NCBI RefSeq assembly: GCF_006345805.1
Contig: NC_043004.1
Span: 89,342,001-89,406,000, forward strand
Reading direction: 5' to 3'
DNA from: Octopus sinensis
Taxonomy: Eukaryota
Length of the DNA stretch: 64,000 bases
The notes under the pieces were generated by a model. It was not told where the DNA came from, ran no database searches, and worked only from the letters and a program-made list of their open reading frames with translations. Below, piece after piece: positions 38,080 through 51,566 of the stretch. The position numbers were made by a program, and so were the translations under genes. How positions within the stretch are numbered: the stretch's first letter is position 1; each line of letters starts with the position of its first letter.

Positions 38080-38905
38080 GAAAGGACAATCCTGTATGTG
38101 TGAAAGACAGCGATTTTACTCAGCTTGATACATCTTATCAAATAGTAAATCGCCACATCTCCCGGTCCCTTGTCATTTCCTCAGTGGGACCCAGTGTCGG
38201 AAAATTCTTTCTCACCACTTCATTCTACATCTTCCTGGGTCTACCCCTTCCATGGATTCCCTCCATAGTTAGAGCTCAACACTTCTTTATGCAGCTATCC
38301 TCATCCATATGTGTCACATCACCAAACCAGCACCGTCATCTCTCTTGCACACAACATCTAATGCCTCTTATACAAAGTTATTCTCTTAACCCTTTCATTA
38401 TTGAAGTTTATTTTGAGATGCTCTGTTTTTCTCGCAATTATTTTAAATATAACCAAGAATTTAGTAAAATCACTTAGTTATCATTAAGCTAGTGTTAGGA
38501 ACATAAATTGTGACTAAGGTTTAGTGGAAGATTTTAATTCAAAACTTATGAAAACAAGACATTTGTACTACAGAGCCAGAGCCAGTTCAGCCGGGTTGGT
38601 TACGAAAGGGTTAAATCATTTACACTCTGTCATGCATGCACACTGGTATTACCCATCCAGTGGAGCATGCGAGCTTCATTTCCTTCAAGCCATTACAAGT
38701 CCTCTGTAGTCAAAGCCTATGTTTCACTGCCATGTAACATAGCTGTATGTACACAGGCATCATACAATCTGCCTTTCACTTTGAAGGAGAGGCCCTTAGT
38801 TACCAACAGAGATAGAAGCTCTCTGAACTTCACCCAGCCCATTCCTATCCGGGCAACTACACTTTCATAACTCCCACCCCCACTGCTAACTTGGTCACCT
38901 AGGTA
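38080..38905 (-). mobile_element. RTE LINE ORF2 C-terminal fragment interrupted by a MITE
   Basis: Minus-strand reading similar to YLGDQVSSGGG..GWVKFRELL..KGRLYDACV..AMLHGSET. Confidence 0.75.
38390..38610. mobile_element. Second TTAA MITE family (221 bp)
   Basis: TTAA-CCCTTTC...GAAAGGG-TTAA; the uninterrupted RTE copy near 23175-23190 shows the empty site TCTTAAATCATTT. Confidence 0.85.
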
Positions 38906-39829
38906 ACAGAAGCTATTATGTCAGACAAAATGCTTAAGGCATTTGTTCCAGCTCTTCATATTCTAATATCAAATGCTGCAGTAGTCAACTTTACCTTTCA
39001 TCTCTTCAAGGTCAATAAATTGACACACCAGTCAAGTACTGTTGGTCAATATAATCGACTGGTTCTCACTCCCATCCCACCTCTCCCCACCTAAAATTAC
39101 TGCCTTGTGCCAAAATTTGAAGCAAATTTGTCACTCTTTTCTGTTACATGTAATGGATTTTTCTTTTCTTTTTTTCTTATTCCACTTGCACTTTGAAAGT
39201 GCAGAACTCCCAGCAGATGATTAATTATGAGGGAATATCAAAAAAATATCACCAACTTCTGCTTAATGCTTTTCATGTAGGGATATAAAGTGTAAACATA
39301 CATAGGCGCAGGAGTGGCTGTATGGTAAGTTGCTTGCTTACCAACCACATGGTTCCAGGTTCATTCCCACTGCGTGGCACCTTGGGCAAGTGTCTTCTAT
39401 TATAGCCTCGGGCCGACCAAAGCCTTGTGAGTGGATTTGGTAGACAGAAACTGAAAGAAGCCCATCGTATATGTGTGTGTGTTTGTCCCCCCAACATCGC
39501 TTGACAACCAGTGCTGGTGTGTTTACATTCCCATAACTTAGTGGTCCAGCAAATTTCAGGTGGAGGGTTAAGTTGATTACATCAACCCCAGTGCTCAACT
39601 GGTACTTATTCTATTGACTCTGAAAAGATGAAAGGCAAAGTCTACCTTGGCAGGATTTGAACTCAAAAAATAAAGAGTTGGAAGAAATGTTACTAAGCAT
39701 TTTGTTCAACAGGTTAACGATTCTTCCAGTCCATTACCTTACCCTCGTATACATAATATCTCTGATCCATTGATATCTAATTAGAACCAACCTACTTAAT
39801 GTTTTTATTGTGCATATATATGTGTAAAT

Positions 39830-40260
39830 ATCATCATCATCATTTAACGTCCGCTTTCCATGCTAGCATGGGTTGGACTGTTTGACTGATGACTGGCGAA
39901 CCAGATGGCTGCACCGGGCCCCAATCTGATCTGGCAGAGTTTCTACAGCTGGATGCCCTTCCTAACGCCAACCACTCTGAGAGTGTAGTGGGTGCTTTTA
40001 TGTGCCACTGGCAAGAGGGCCAGTCAGACAGTACAGGCATCGGCCACGCTCAAATGTTTTTTACATGCCACTTGCACAGGAGCCAGTCCAGCGGCACTGG
40101 CAACGACCTTGCTCGAATGATTCTTTTTCATGTGCCACCAGCACAAGTGCTAGTTAGGCAACGCTGGTAACAATCACGCTTGAATGGTGCTTTTTACGTG
40201 CAACCGGCACGGAAGCCAGTTAGCTGCTCTGGCAATGATCACTCTTGGATGGTGCTCTTA
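39830..40260 (-). mobile_element. RTE LINE 3' UTR copy with internal ~60-bp subrepeats (closely similar copy at 50130-50610)
   Basis: Direct similarity between the copies. Confidence 0.75.
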
Positions 40261-41269
40261 GCGCTCCACTAATTTGATTTCAATTTTTATATATATATAT
40301 ATATATATTTCACATCCTCTTTCAACATCCATCGTCCATGCTGGCATGGGTTGGATGGTTTGACCAAGGCTGGTAATCTGGTTGGCTGCACCAGACTCCA
40401 TAGTGTCATGGTTATATATACATTTTAAGATATATATATATATATATATATATATTTAAATAATAAGGGTTAAAAGTTTTTTTTTCACGTGGTAACTATT
40501 TTCAGTCTAATGTATGAATCAATATTATGTCTTTAATTTATTATATAATTATAAAGCAATATTTTTTTTGTTTTTGTTTTGTTTCTCGAGTGTTTTAGTA
40601 GATCAATGAATTATAATATTACATTTGACTTGAGTGATAAAATTTTATCTTATTGTGTCACACACACACACCAGCTGTAGTTAAGTTAACTGAACAAATA
40701 TGGCTGTGTTTTTTTTTTACAATTTCAACAGGGTTGGTTTTGGCCTAATTATTTTTATGTCGTGTGCAGACGTGGCTATGTTGTTTAGAAGTTCGTTTCA
40801 TAACCATGTGGTTTCCGGTTCAGTTCCACTGCGCAGCATCTTGCACAATTGTCTTCTATGATTTCCCTCCACTCCCATTTCCAGCCAATCAATGGATTGA
40901 GATTGAATTTGGTAAGTGAAAACCTTAGTGAGTCCATAATATATATTCTTTTCTACTCTAAGCACAAGGCCCGAAATTTGGAGTGGGGGCAGTTGATTAG
41001 ATCAACCCCAGTACTTAATTTATTGACCCCAAAAAGATGAAAAGCAAAGTCGACCACAGCAGAATTTGAACTCGGACCATAAAGACGGACGAAATACCAC
41101 TAAGCATTTCGCCTGGCATGCTAACGTTTCTGCCAGCTCCCTGCCTGAGTCCATGGTATATATGTATATGTGTGTGTGTGTGTATGTATATATATATATA
41201 TTATATATATATATATATATACATATATACATACATATACATACATACATATACATACATACATATACA

Positions 41270-41570
41270 TCACATGATCACGTGACCGACCAGACCATCA
41301 GATGTTGCTACACATTGCTGGTCACAATGCGTTTGCATTGTTTTAGCCTTCGAACGACACCACCCCGCTGGCTAAGCAAGCAGGCCAACAGAAGGAAGAG
41401 AGAAAGAGTGGTGAAAGAGTATAGCAGGGATCACCACCCCCTGCTGGAGCCTTGTGGAGCTTATAGGTGTTTTCGCTCACTAAACACACACAACGCCCAG
41501 TCTGGGAATCGAAACCACAATCCTACGACTGCGAGTCTGCTGCCCTAACCACTGGGCCATTGCGCCTCCA
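41270..41570 (-). mobile_element. tRNA-derived SINE, family H (same head, different tail at about 62520-62790)
   Basis: Minus strand starts TGGAGGCGCAATGGCCCAGTGGTTAGGGCAG...GGTTTCGATTCCCAG (A and B boxes). Confidence 0.75.
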
Positions 41571-43203
41571 CATATATATACATACACACACATTTATATA
41601 TAATCATCATTATTTTATTGTCCTCTTTTCCACACTTGCATGGATCAAAAAGAATTTATTGAGGCAGATTTTCTACAACCAGATGCTCTTCCTGTCACCA
41701 ACCTCACCTTTTCCTAAGTAATGTAATATTTCCCCATGGCCTGATTTGTTTCCACAGAATATTGGAAATGAATTATACTTTATATATGACAGTGACCTTC
41801 ATTTTTAGCTATCACACTACGTCCAGACAAGAACATAAACACAAACCCAGATACACATGCAATAGTCTTCTCTCAGTATCCATCTACCAAATCTATTCAC
41901 AAGGCTTTGACCACCAGTGGGCTAGAGTGGAAGACATTTCCCCAAGTTTCCATGCAATAGGCGTAGGAGTGGCTGTGTGGTAAGCAGCTTGCTTATGAAC
42001 CACATGGTTCCGGGTTCAGTCCCACTGCATGGCACCTTGGGCAAGTGTCTTCTGCTGTAGCCTCAGGCTAACCAAAGCCTTGTGAGTGGATTTGGTAGAC
42101 AGAATCTGAAAGAAGCCCATTGTATATATGTTTGTGTGTCTGTGTTTCTCCCCCCAACATCGCTTGACAACCGATGCTGGTATGTTTACATCCCCGTAAC
42201 TTAGCAGTTCGGCAAAAGAGACCGATAGAATAAGTACTAGGCTTACAAAGAATAAGTCCTGGAGACGATTTGCTCGCCTAAAGGCGATGCTCCAACATGG
42301 CCACAGTCAAATGACTGAAACAAGTAAAAGAGTAAGAGACTGGGACTGAACCTGGATCGGTGTAGTTAGAAAGCAAACTTCTGAAACCACACAACCATGT
42401 ATGTTCTTATTATCATCATCCTCATTTAACACCGGTTTTTCCATGCTGGCATGGGTTGGACAATTTGATAGGAACTGGTAATGCCAGGGACCACACCAGG
42501 TTCCATAGTCTGTTTTGGCTTCGTTTCTGTAGCTGGATGCCCTCCCTAATGAAAACCACTCCACAGAGTGTGCTGAGTGCATTTTATGTGGTACTGATTT
42601 TATCCAATTCTTTTAATCATTTTAGTCATAATATTGTAGCCATGGTAAGATGCCACCTTCAAGATTTTAGTCATTTGTCAAGCCACTAAGTTAAGGGACA
42701 TAACATAAACAACACCAGTTTTTAGACTGATGTAAACCTAAACAAACATGGACATGTATTATATACAATGAGGTTCTGCACAATTTCCAGTTACCAAATT
42801 CAAACCAACAAGGTTCTGGTCAACATGTATCTGCAGTAGAAGACACTAAGGTATTGTGTTGCGGGAAGAATCTCAGAACCATTTGACTACAAAGCAAAAT
42901 TCTTAATTGCATGGCTGTATCTTCACTTTTTTAGATATTAGAAACAGAATCTTAACAAAGCCTCGTCAGAAATATATTTAACACATTGAATTGAATATCT
43001 CTTTCTCTTTTACTTGTTTCAGTCATTTGACTGCAGCCATGCTGGAGCACTGCCTTTTAGTCTAGCAAATCGACCCAGGACTTATTCTTTGTAAGCCTAG
43101 TACTTATTCTATCAGTCTCTTTTGCCGAACCGCTAAGTAACGGGGACATAAACACAGCAGCATCGGTTGTCAAGCGATGTTGGGGAGACAAACACAAACA
43201 CAC

Positions 43204-43266
<63 letters not shown>

Positions 43267-43908
43267 CACGACAGTCTTCTTTCAGTTTTCGTCTACCAAA
43301 TCCACTCACAAGGCTTTGGTCGGCCCGAGGCTATAGTAGAAGACACTTGCCCAAGGTGCCACGCAGTGGGACTGAACCCGGAACTGTGTGGTTGGTAAGC
43401 AAGCTACTTACCACACAGCCACACCTCAGTTATTTATTATTATTTTTTCTTTTTGATATATGCTTTTCCATGCTAACATGGTTTGAATGGGGAATTGATT
43501 GTGAGGCAAATATTTTACAGCCGGGTGCTCTTCCTGTTGCCAAATCTTACCTGTTTTTTCTTTTCTGGTAAGGGATTTATGTACTCCACAGATCATTAAG
43601 TTACAAAGAATATAACTGGTCATGATGCCAACATCAGCTCCGCTTTGCTCAAATGAATAAGTGAATATTCAACATTCACGCACACAGGGCGTTAGTTTTA
43701 GATATCATTATTTTAATGTTCACGAAATTTATTGAAGCAAATTTTTCACAGCTGGATGCCCTTCCTGTCACTCACCCTTGCTTGATTCCAAGCAAGATAG
43801 ACATAGCATGGAGTCAAAATTAGCTACAGTTAAGTCATGATTAACTAAACTTGTGTAATGTTTTTAACCAGATTTTGTAATTTTCGTTTTTTCATATTTC
43901 CCTTTTAG

Positions 43909-44028
43909 GCGAAAAACCATACCAATGTGAATACCCAGGTTGTAACAAAGCATTTTGTCAGAGTGGTCAGCTTCGGACTCACTTGAGACGTCACACAGGG
44001 GAAAAACCTTTTCGTTGTACAGTTTCAG
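43909..44028 (+). CDS. ZNF367: ZNF367 exon 2 (second C2H2 finger)
   Basis: ttttag acceptor, phase 1; [39 protein letters not shown]; GT at 44029. Confidence 0.92.
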
Positions 44029-44979
44029 GTCCGTGTATATGTCTTAAGATTTAACATTTATAAACCGTCTGGTTTGTGAATGCATCACACTATTTTTAAT
44101 AGATTGCTCTAATTAACCCATTAGCATGTAAACAGACTGTATATGGCCTTGATATTCTACCAGTTTTATGTTCAAACTGACCAGATCCTACCTCTCACAC
44201 ATGTCATTCTAAAAATAAACTATTACATCATCGAAATCTCAAAGCTATGAGAAAATGTATGATTAATTCAAAGCAATATGAATAAATAAGCATTATTTGA
44301 CAGAATAATATAATAGCTAAAGGGTTAACTCTCACTTTACTTGTTTCAGTCATATGACTGCTGCCATGCTGGAACACCGCCTTTAGTCGAGCAACTTGAC
44401 CCGAGGCCTTATTCTTTGTAAGCCTAGTACTTATTCTATCGGTCTCTTTTGCCTAACTGCTAAGTTAAGGGGACATAAACATGCCACCATCGGTTATCAA
44501 GCAATGTTGGGGGGACAAACACAGACACACAAACATATACACACACATACATATATATATATATATACGACAGGCTTCTTTCTGTTTCTGTATACCAAGG
44601 CTTTGGTCAATCCGAGGTTATAGTAGAAGACACTTGCCCAAGGTGTTACACAGTGGGAATGAACCCGGAACCATGCGGTTGGTTAAACTAAACTTATAAT
44701 TTTTTTTATTTATTTATAATAGTGACTTTTATTCAAAGTATGAACAGGAATATATTTTACAAGAGAACAACAAAGGAAAAAAAAAACAGCAAAAAAAAAG
44801 GGAGCAGGCATCCAGCTGTAGAAACCTTGCCAAATCAGATTGAATCCTAGTGTGGCCTACTGGCTTGCCAGTCCTCAGTCAAACCGTCCAACCCATGCCA
44901 GCATGGAAAACGGACATTAAACAATGATGATGATGATTATGGCAGCTTATATATATTTGCCTAAATTTCATGCTGATAG

Positions 44980-45395
44980 GCTGAGTGGTAAAGAGGCTTG
45001 CTTCCCAATCATATGGTTTTTGGTTCAGTGCCACTGCACAGCACCTTGGGCTAATGTCTTCCACTATAGCCCTGGACCAATCAAAGCCTTGTGAGTGGAT
45101 TTGGTAGGTGGAAACTGACAGAAACTTGTCACGTATGTTTATGTGTATCCTTGTCTTGGCATTATGTGATGGCTGTAAGCAAACATCATTATCATCATCA
45201 TCATCATGAAAGCAAGCTTGTTCATTTCAAGTCTTCCATGAAAAATATATCTGATCATTATTACCTTGCTTGGAAACAGGTGGAGTTTGGCAACAGGAAG
45301 AGCAACTGGCCATACAAAATACTATCTCAATGAATTCTTTCTAACCCATGCAAGCATAGGAAAGTGGACATTAAATCAATGATGATGATGATGAG
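44980..45395 (+). mobile_element. SINE with family-A head and RTE-type (GAT)n tail (also about 62057-62440)
   Basis: Family-A head, then a distinct body (TTACCTTGCTTGGAAACAGGTG), then ACCCATGCAAGCAT...GGACATTAAA..(GAT)n. Confidence 0.7.
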
Positions 45396-47159
45396 GTGTA
45401 AACAAGTTTTAGTCAAATGTCAACCTTGCTCATTAATAAATGCAAAAGTACAAACAGCTTTAATTTCTTGTTGCTCACAATAATTGCCTTGTTGCTCTCT
45501 GTCCACTTTATCTCTCAAAAGGTTTATTTGTTTGTGTTTTCATTTAACATTCATTTTTCCATGCTAGCTTGGACTAGATGGGGATTTTGTGGCCAAATAC
45601 ACTTTCAGTCCTCAAGGGGTTTTTCTGTTTCACAAGCCTTCAAAAACACATAGCAACCAGTTATAAAATCAACAGGGAATATAAATCCCATATCACTGTT
45701 TCACCAGTAAACCCATCAAATATCAATATTCACACGCATTTCACACAAATGCACACACTCATATATATATGCATGCATATATGATGGGCTTCCTACAATC
45801 TCCATTTACCAAATTCACTTGCAGAGCATGTTTTAGCTCAGACTATAGTAGCAGACACCCACCCAAGCTGCTGCACTGTGGGACTGAACCTGCAGCTACA
45901 CGGTTGTACAGTAAACTTGTTAAGCACACAACCATACCATTGCCCAGTCTAAGTTGATAATCAATGCTAACTTTGTAATAGTGTTAGCAAAAACTCCCAT
46001 CCTATCACTGTTTCTGCCAACTTTAGTCTCAACTAGTTAAGGTACCTCAGTGGATCACCCAGATAGCTAGAAATAACCACCGAAGCTCCTTCAAATCACA
46101 CCCTACTGTCTGAAATAAAGAAAGAACACTTTAGGTTATGCAATCCCTAAAAAGACTAGAGGATTGCAGCTGGAATGCCTTTAACCATAGGCCTGCTTAA
46201 TCAGTGTTGCCTGAGAGTTAAACAACTACAGCTTTCAGTTGATATTTCCTATATTCCTCCTCATAAACTAACCATTGACATGGCTCCTCAAGCATGCTGT
46301 AAAAAATTTCCTTTATGTTGATGCTATAAATATTTCAAATTGGTACTCGATAGACATTTTAGAAAAATTCTAAACAAAATCCAGCTTGTATTGTCTTTAT
46401 CATCCTCCTGTGGCTGATTCAGCCAGTCATTGGGGCTATGAAGTTTTTATTTCTTTCTTTGTTGCCCACTGTGGGCTAAACATAGAGGGGACAAACAAGG
46501 ACAGACAAAGGGATTTTAAGTTGATTACATCAACCCCAGTGTGTAACTGGTACTTATTTAATCAACCCCGAAAGGATGAAAGGCAAAGTCAACCTCGGCA
46601 GAATTTGAACTCGGAACGTAAGGACAGATAAAATACCACTAAGCATTTCACCCAGCGTGCTAACGATTCTGCCAGCTTGCCACCTTGAAATTTATATTGA
46701 CATGAAACAGAGAAACCAAGCATTTGATTAAGCACAGGTGCTTCAAAAGGCTGTTTCACATCTCATAAACAGAGTAGAAGACAAACAGCTTTGTCAGGCA
46801 GCAAATTGCCGAATATGCTGACAAGCAATAATTTGTCCTTGCTACAGTAAAAAAATGCTGATGTGTGTATGCTTTGTTGTCTATATCAGTGAAAAAAAAT
46901 TATATTTTCAATAAAGTATCATCTCAAAATGATATAGAAATTTCTGATAAGAATCCTATAAGGTTTGAAAATCAATTAAGGTTGTTCATCATTTTTTGAT
47001 AGGTGCAGGAGTGGCTCTGTGGTAAGTAGCTTGCTTACCAACCACATGGTTCTGGGTTCAATCCCACTGTGTGGCAACTTGGCCAAGTGTCTTCTACTAT
47101 AGCTTCGGGCCAACCAAAGCCTTGTGAGTGGATTTGGTAGACGGAAACTAAAAGAAGCC

Positions 47160-47211
<52 letters not shown>

Positions 47212-47403
47212 ATAATATATGTATATGTTTGTGTGTCTGTGTTTGTCCCCACCCCCCAACATCGCTTGACAACCAATGCTGGTGTGTTTACATCCCTGTC
47301 ACTTAGTGGTTTGGCAAGAGAGCCCAATAGAATAAGTACTAGGCTTACAAAGAATAAGTCCTGGGGTCGATTTGCTCGACTAAAGGTAGTGCTCCAGCAT
47401 GGC

Positions 47404-48060
47404 AGCAGTCAAATCATCATCGTTTAACATCCGTTCTCCATGCTAGCATGGGTTGGACGGTTTGACCGGGGATCTGGGAAGCCAGAAGGCTGCACCAGGC
47501 TCCGGTCTTATCTGGCAATGTTTCTACAGCTGGATGCCCTTCCTAATGCCAACCACTCCGTGAGTGTAGTGGGTGCTTTTTACGTGCCACCTGCACTGGT
47601 GCCAGGCGAGGCTGGCATCGGCCACGGTCGGATTGGTGCATTTTACGTGGCACCTGCACGGAAGCCAGTCGAGGCGGCGCTGGCATCGGCCACGATTCGG
47701 ATAGTGCTTTTTACGTATCTCCAGTCCAGGGGTCCTGACATCTGCCGGGTGCCAGTCATCGGATTGGTTCAATTTTGATTCCGATTTCGATTTCACTTGC
47801 CCCAACAGGTATTCGCAAGCAAAGGGGTGTTGGCATAGGTGCCTGTCGTCGGATGAGGTTCAATATCGACTTCGCTTGCCTCAACAGGTCTTTGTGTGTC
47901 CAAGGGAGGAAAGGCATGCATAAGTGGGCTGGACTCACTGTCCTGCCTGGTCTTTTCACACACAGCATATTTCCAAAGGTCTTGGTCGCTGGTCATTTCC
48001 TCAGTGAGACCTAAAGTTCGAAGGTCATGCTTCACCACCTCGTCCCAAGTTTTCCTGGGT
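47404..48060 (-). mobile_element. RTE LINE 3' end with ORF2 C-terminus
   Basis: VKHDLRTLGLTEEMTSDQDLWKYAV (ORF track 47793-48038) followed by 3' UTR and (GAT)n. Confidence 0.8.
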
Positions 48061-48240
48061 CAAATGACTGAAACAAATAAAAAAAAAAAGAATTATGTGG
48101 TATATGTTCTGGCCAAGTTTTAGAGTTAATCCTTTGTTATACTCACTAACAAAGATGTAGTAATTTAGGGAATAACTCATTACAAATCTATGACTAATAA
48201 CAAAATTGTTATTAATGAAATCTGTTTCAATTTATTAAAG

Positions 48241-48379
48241 GTTGTAAAAGCGAGTTTGCCCATTCTAATCGCCAATGTCCTCTCCATCCTTATGCTTCTT
48301 TGGAAAGAGTGTACATGCCAACCAAAATCTCCAGCCATTCACCACATGTGTCTAAGAGAACTACTCATATAGAAACAAG
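48241..48379 (+). CDS. ZNF367: ZNF367 exon 3 (atypical third finger region)
   Basis: ttattaaag acceptor; GCKSEFAHSNRQCPLHPYASLERV, similar to recalled CLSRFTHANRHCPKHPYARLKRE; gtaagt donor at 48380, phase 2. Confidence 0.88.
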
Positions 48380-49161
48380 GTAAGTTAAATAACCCACTAT
48401 ATTTATATTTTAGTGTACCTCTGCTGGTGCCACGTAAAAGCACCCATACTGGCACCACATAGACAATTATTGGTGTCACGTAAATAGCCCCTGTGCTGGC
48501 ACTACATAGACAACACCAAATATACTCTATAAAATGGTTGGCATTAGGAAGTGTATCCAGCTGTAGAAACCATGCCAGAACAGACAGCTTGAGCCTGGTG
48601 CGGCCTTCCAGCTTGCCAGCCCCTGTGAACCCATCCAACCCATGTCAGCATTGAAAATGGACATTGATGATGATGACGATGATAATTACATCATCATTTA
48701 GCATCCTGTACTATAATAATAGAAAAACCCAAAACAATGATGTCATCATTTTTTGTGTCCACTTTTCCATACTTGCCTGGATTAGATGTGATTTGTTAAG
48801 GCAGATTGTCAACGACTAAATTCCCTTCCTGTCACTAACCTTCAACTGTTTTCAAGTTAGGTAATATTTCTCTATGGCCAGACATGCTTTCACAGAAGAC
48901 TTGAAGCAGAGAACACTGTTATATGTGGAGAATTCACAAAAAAAAAACAAGGCGAAGACAGGTGGTGTGGAAAACAAACAGATGTATTAGTATAACGCTC
49001 GGGAATTGAAAAAGTCTTTAACATTTCGAGCCTACGCTCTTCCACAGAAAGGAAAAAGGAGAGAAAAAATGTGTGTGTCGTGGCTAGCGATCTATCATGG
49101 TGACACTGTTATATGGCAATGATGCTCACTTATATCTACTGTGTGCCATCTAGACCAGGAA

Positions 49162-49202
<41 letters not shown>

Positions 49203-51566
49203 TCATCATTTAACCTCCTTTTTTCCATGCTAGCATGGGTTGGACTGTTTAACAGGATCTGACATGCCAGAGGTCTGTGCCAAGTTCCAATGTTTACTTT
49301 GGTTTGATTCCTATGGCCAGATGCTCTTCCTTTCCTAATGCCAGCCACTTTACAGAGTGTATTGGCTGCTTTCTTTCATGGCACTAGCACTAGTTAGGTC
49401 GCCAAGTTCTCACAAGACAAGGCTCCTCAACTGAAGGGTGTGAAAGCATGATAAAGGGATGGGAGCAGGTGTCTTGCTGAAGAGGGGAATACATGGTTTC
49501 CCTAGCTGGAAAGAGAGAGAGAGAGAGAGAGAGAGACAATTGAGGTATACAAGAGTTGTGAAAGAAATTGGAAAGCAGAAACTGGATGGAAGCTTATTAT
49601 GTGTGTGTGTGTGTGTGTGAGAGAGAGAGGGAGAAGTAGGGGAGACATACCTTGCCAATAAACCATCTGCTTCTGTGCTTTTGAAGGAAAATAATCCGTT
49701 AACTGAAAACAAGTAAGGGTTAGCAACAAGAACATTCCTCACATCCATGCCAGCATAGAAAAACAGATGTAAAATGTACAAACAAATGAATGTATTATCA
49801 TTTTGTATTGGCATTATTCCCTTTCATATGATTGTTCTATCCACTAACTTGTGACTTATGCCAAATAACAAACACTCTACCTCACTCAGTTTCCATTTCC
49901 TTTCTGTAAAAAATACATTAAGTCTTGAGCCTAAGATTTTCAGGTCATTGTGTTCCAAGAATTAAGAGTTTTTGTATTTCATCCATATCATTGTCAAATT
50001 AGTGTGAAAATTTCAGAGATCTTAACTTGTTAAATTCTTATTTGAAGATTCGTGTTTTCTTCAACTAAGCTGTTACTACACATTGTTTTCTGAAGGGCTG
50101 TGGGAAGTTAGTTTGCATTTTAAATCATCATTATCATCATCGTTTAACGTCTGCTTCCATGCTAGCATGGGTTGGACGATTTGACTGAGGGCTGGCAAAC
50201 CAGATGGCTGCACCAGGCTCCAATCTTAATCTGGCAGAGTTTCTACTGCTGGATGCCCTTCCTAATGCCAACCACTCCATGAGTGTAGTGGGTGCTTTTA
50301 TGTGCCACCAGCACAAGGGCCATTCAGGCGGTACTGGCAACAGCCATGCTCAAATGTTTTTTAAGTGCCACCTGCACAGGAGCCAGTCCAGCGGCACTGG
50401 CAACAACCTCACTCAAATGTTTTTTCACATGCCACCGGCACAAGTGCCAGTAAAGCGACATTGGTAACGATCACGCTCGAATGGTGCTTTTTACATGCTA
50501 CCGGCACGGAAGCCAGTTAGCCACTCTGGCAACGATCACACTCAGATGGTGCTCTTAGCGCTCCACTAGCTCAGATGGCAGTCATCAAATATGATTTCGA
50601 TTTCACTTGCCTCGACAGGTCATAGCTGCTTCAAGCATATGTAAAGCCATTTATAATTGACAAACATGACTCAGCTGTATTAACCCCTTCAATGCCACAT
50701 TTCTATTGAAATACTCTGCCTTTGTTTCAGTTAATTTTGAAAGTAATGCAGGATTTAGTAAAATAACTTTGTCGTTTTCAAACTGGTGTTTGAAACATAT
50801 TAGCATAATTAGTAACACCGAAACTCGATGTAGATAAAGCAATAAACAATTATTTCTACAAAAGGCACAAAGCCTGAAATTTGAGGCCCCAGTGCTTGAC
50901 TGGTACTAATCTTAACCCTGAAAGGATGAAAGGCAAAGTTGATCTTTTTGAACTTAGATTGTAAAACCGGAAGAAATACTAAGTATTTGGTTCAGCACAG
51001 TAACAATTATTATTTCTTTATTGCCCACAAGGGGCTAAACATAGAAGGGACAGACAAAGGGATTAAGTCAATTACATCGACCCCAGTGCGTAACTGGTTC
51101 TTAATTTATCAACCCTGAAAGGATGAAAGGCAAAGTCAACCTCAGCAGAATTTGAACTCAGTGATGTTGGGGGGACAAACACAGACACACAAACATACAT
51201 ATATACGACGGGCTTCTTTCAGTTTCCGTCTACCAAATCCACTCACAAAGCTTTGGTTGGCCCAAGGCTATAGTAGAAGACACTTGCCCAAAGTGCCATG
51301 CAGTGGAACTGAACCCGGAACCATGTGGTTCATAAGCAAGCTACTTACCACACAGCCACTCCTACACCTGTATAGTTTCATTACACAAATCATTAACTTC
51401 TGGTCAAATATATCAGTAACAACTTAAATCTTATCCAAAACTGCCCTGCTACACAGCTTCTGTTTCTCTTTTATTATTTTTAAGTATAGTTTAGAATTAA
51501 AGATTATTTCTGAGGATTATTTTATTAATGACTATTAAGATTTGTATTGTCTTTATTATTTTTCAG

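Noticed and set aside
41480-41570. tRNA gene on minus strand (also 62700-62790)
   Set aside because: The tRNA-like head runs into a SINE body, with no proper acceptor stem or terminator.
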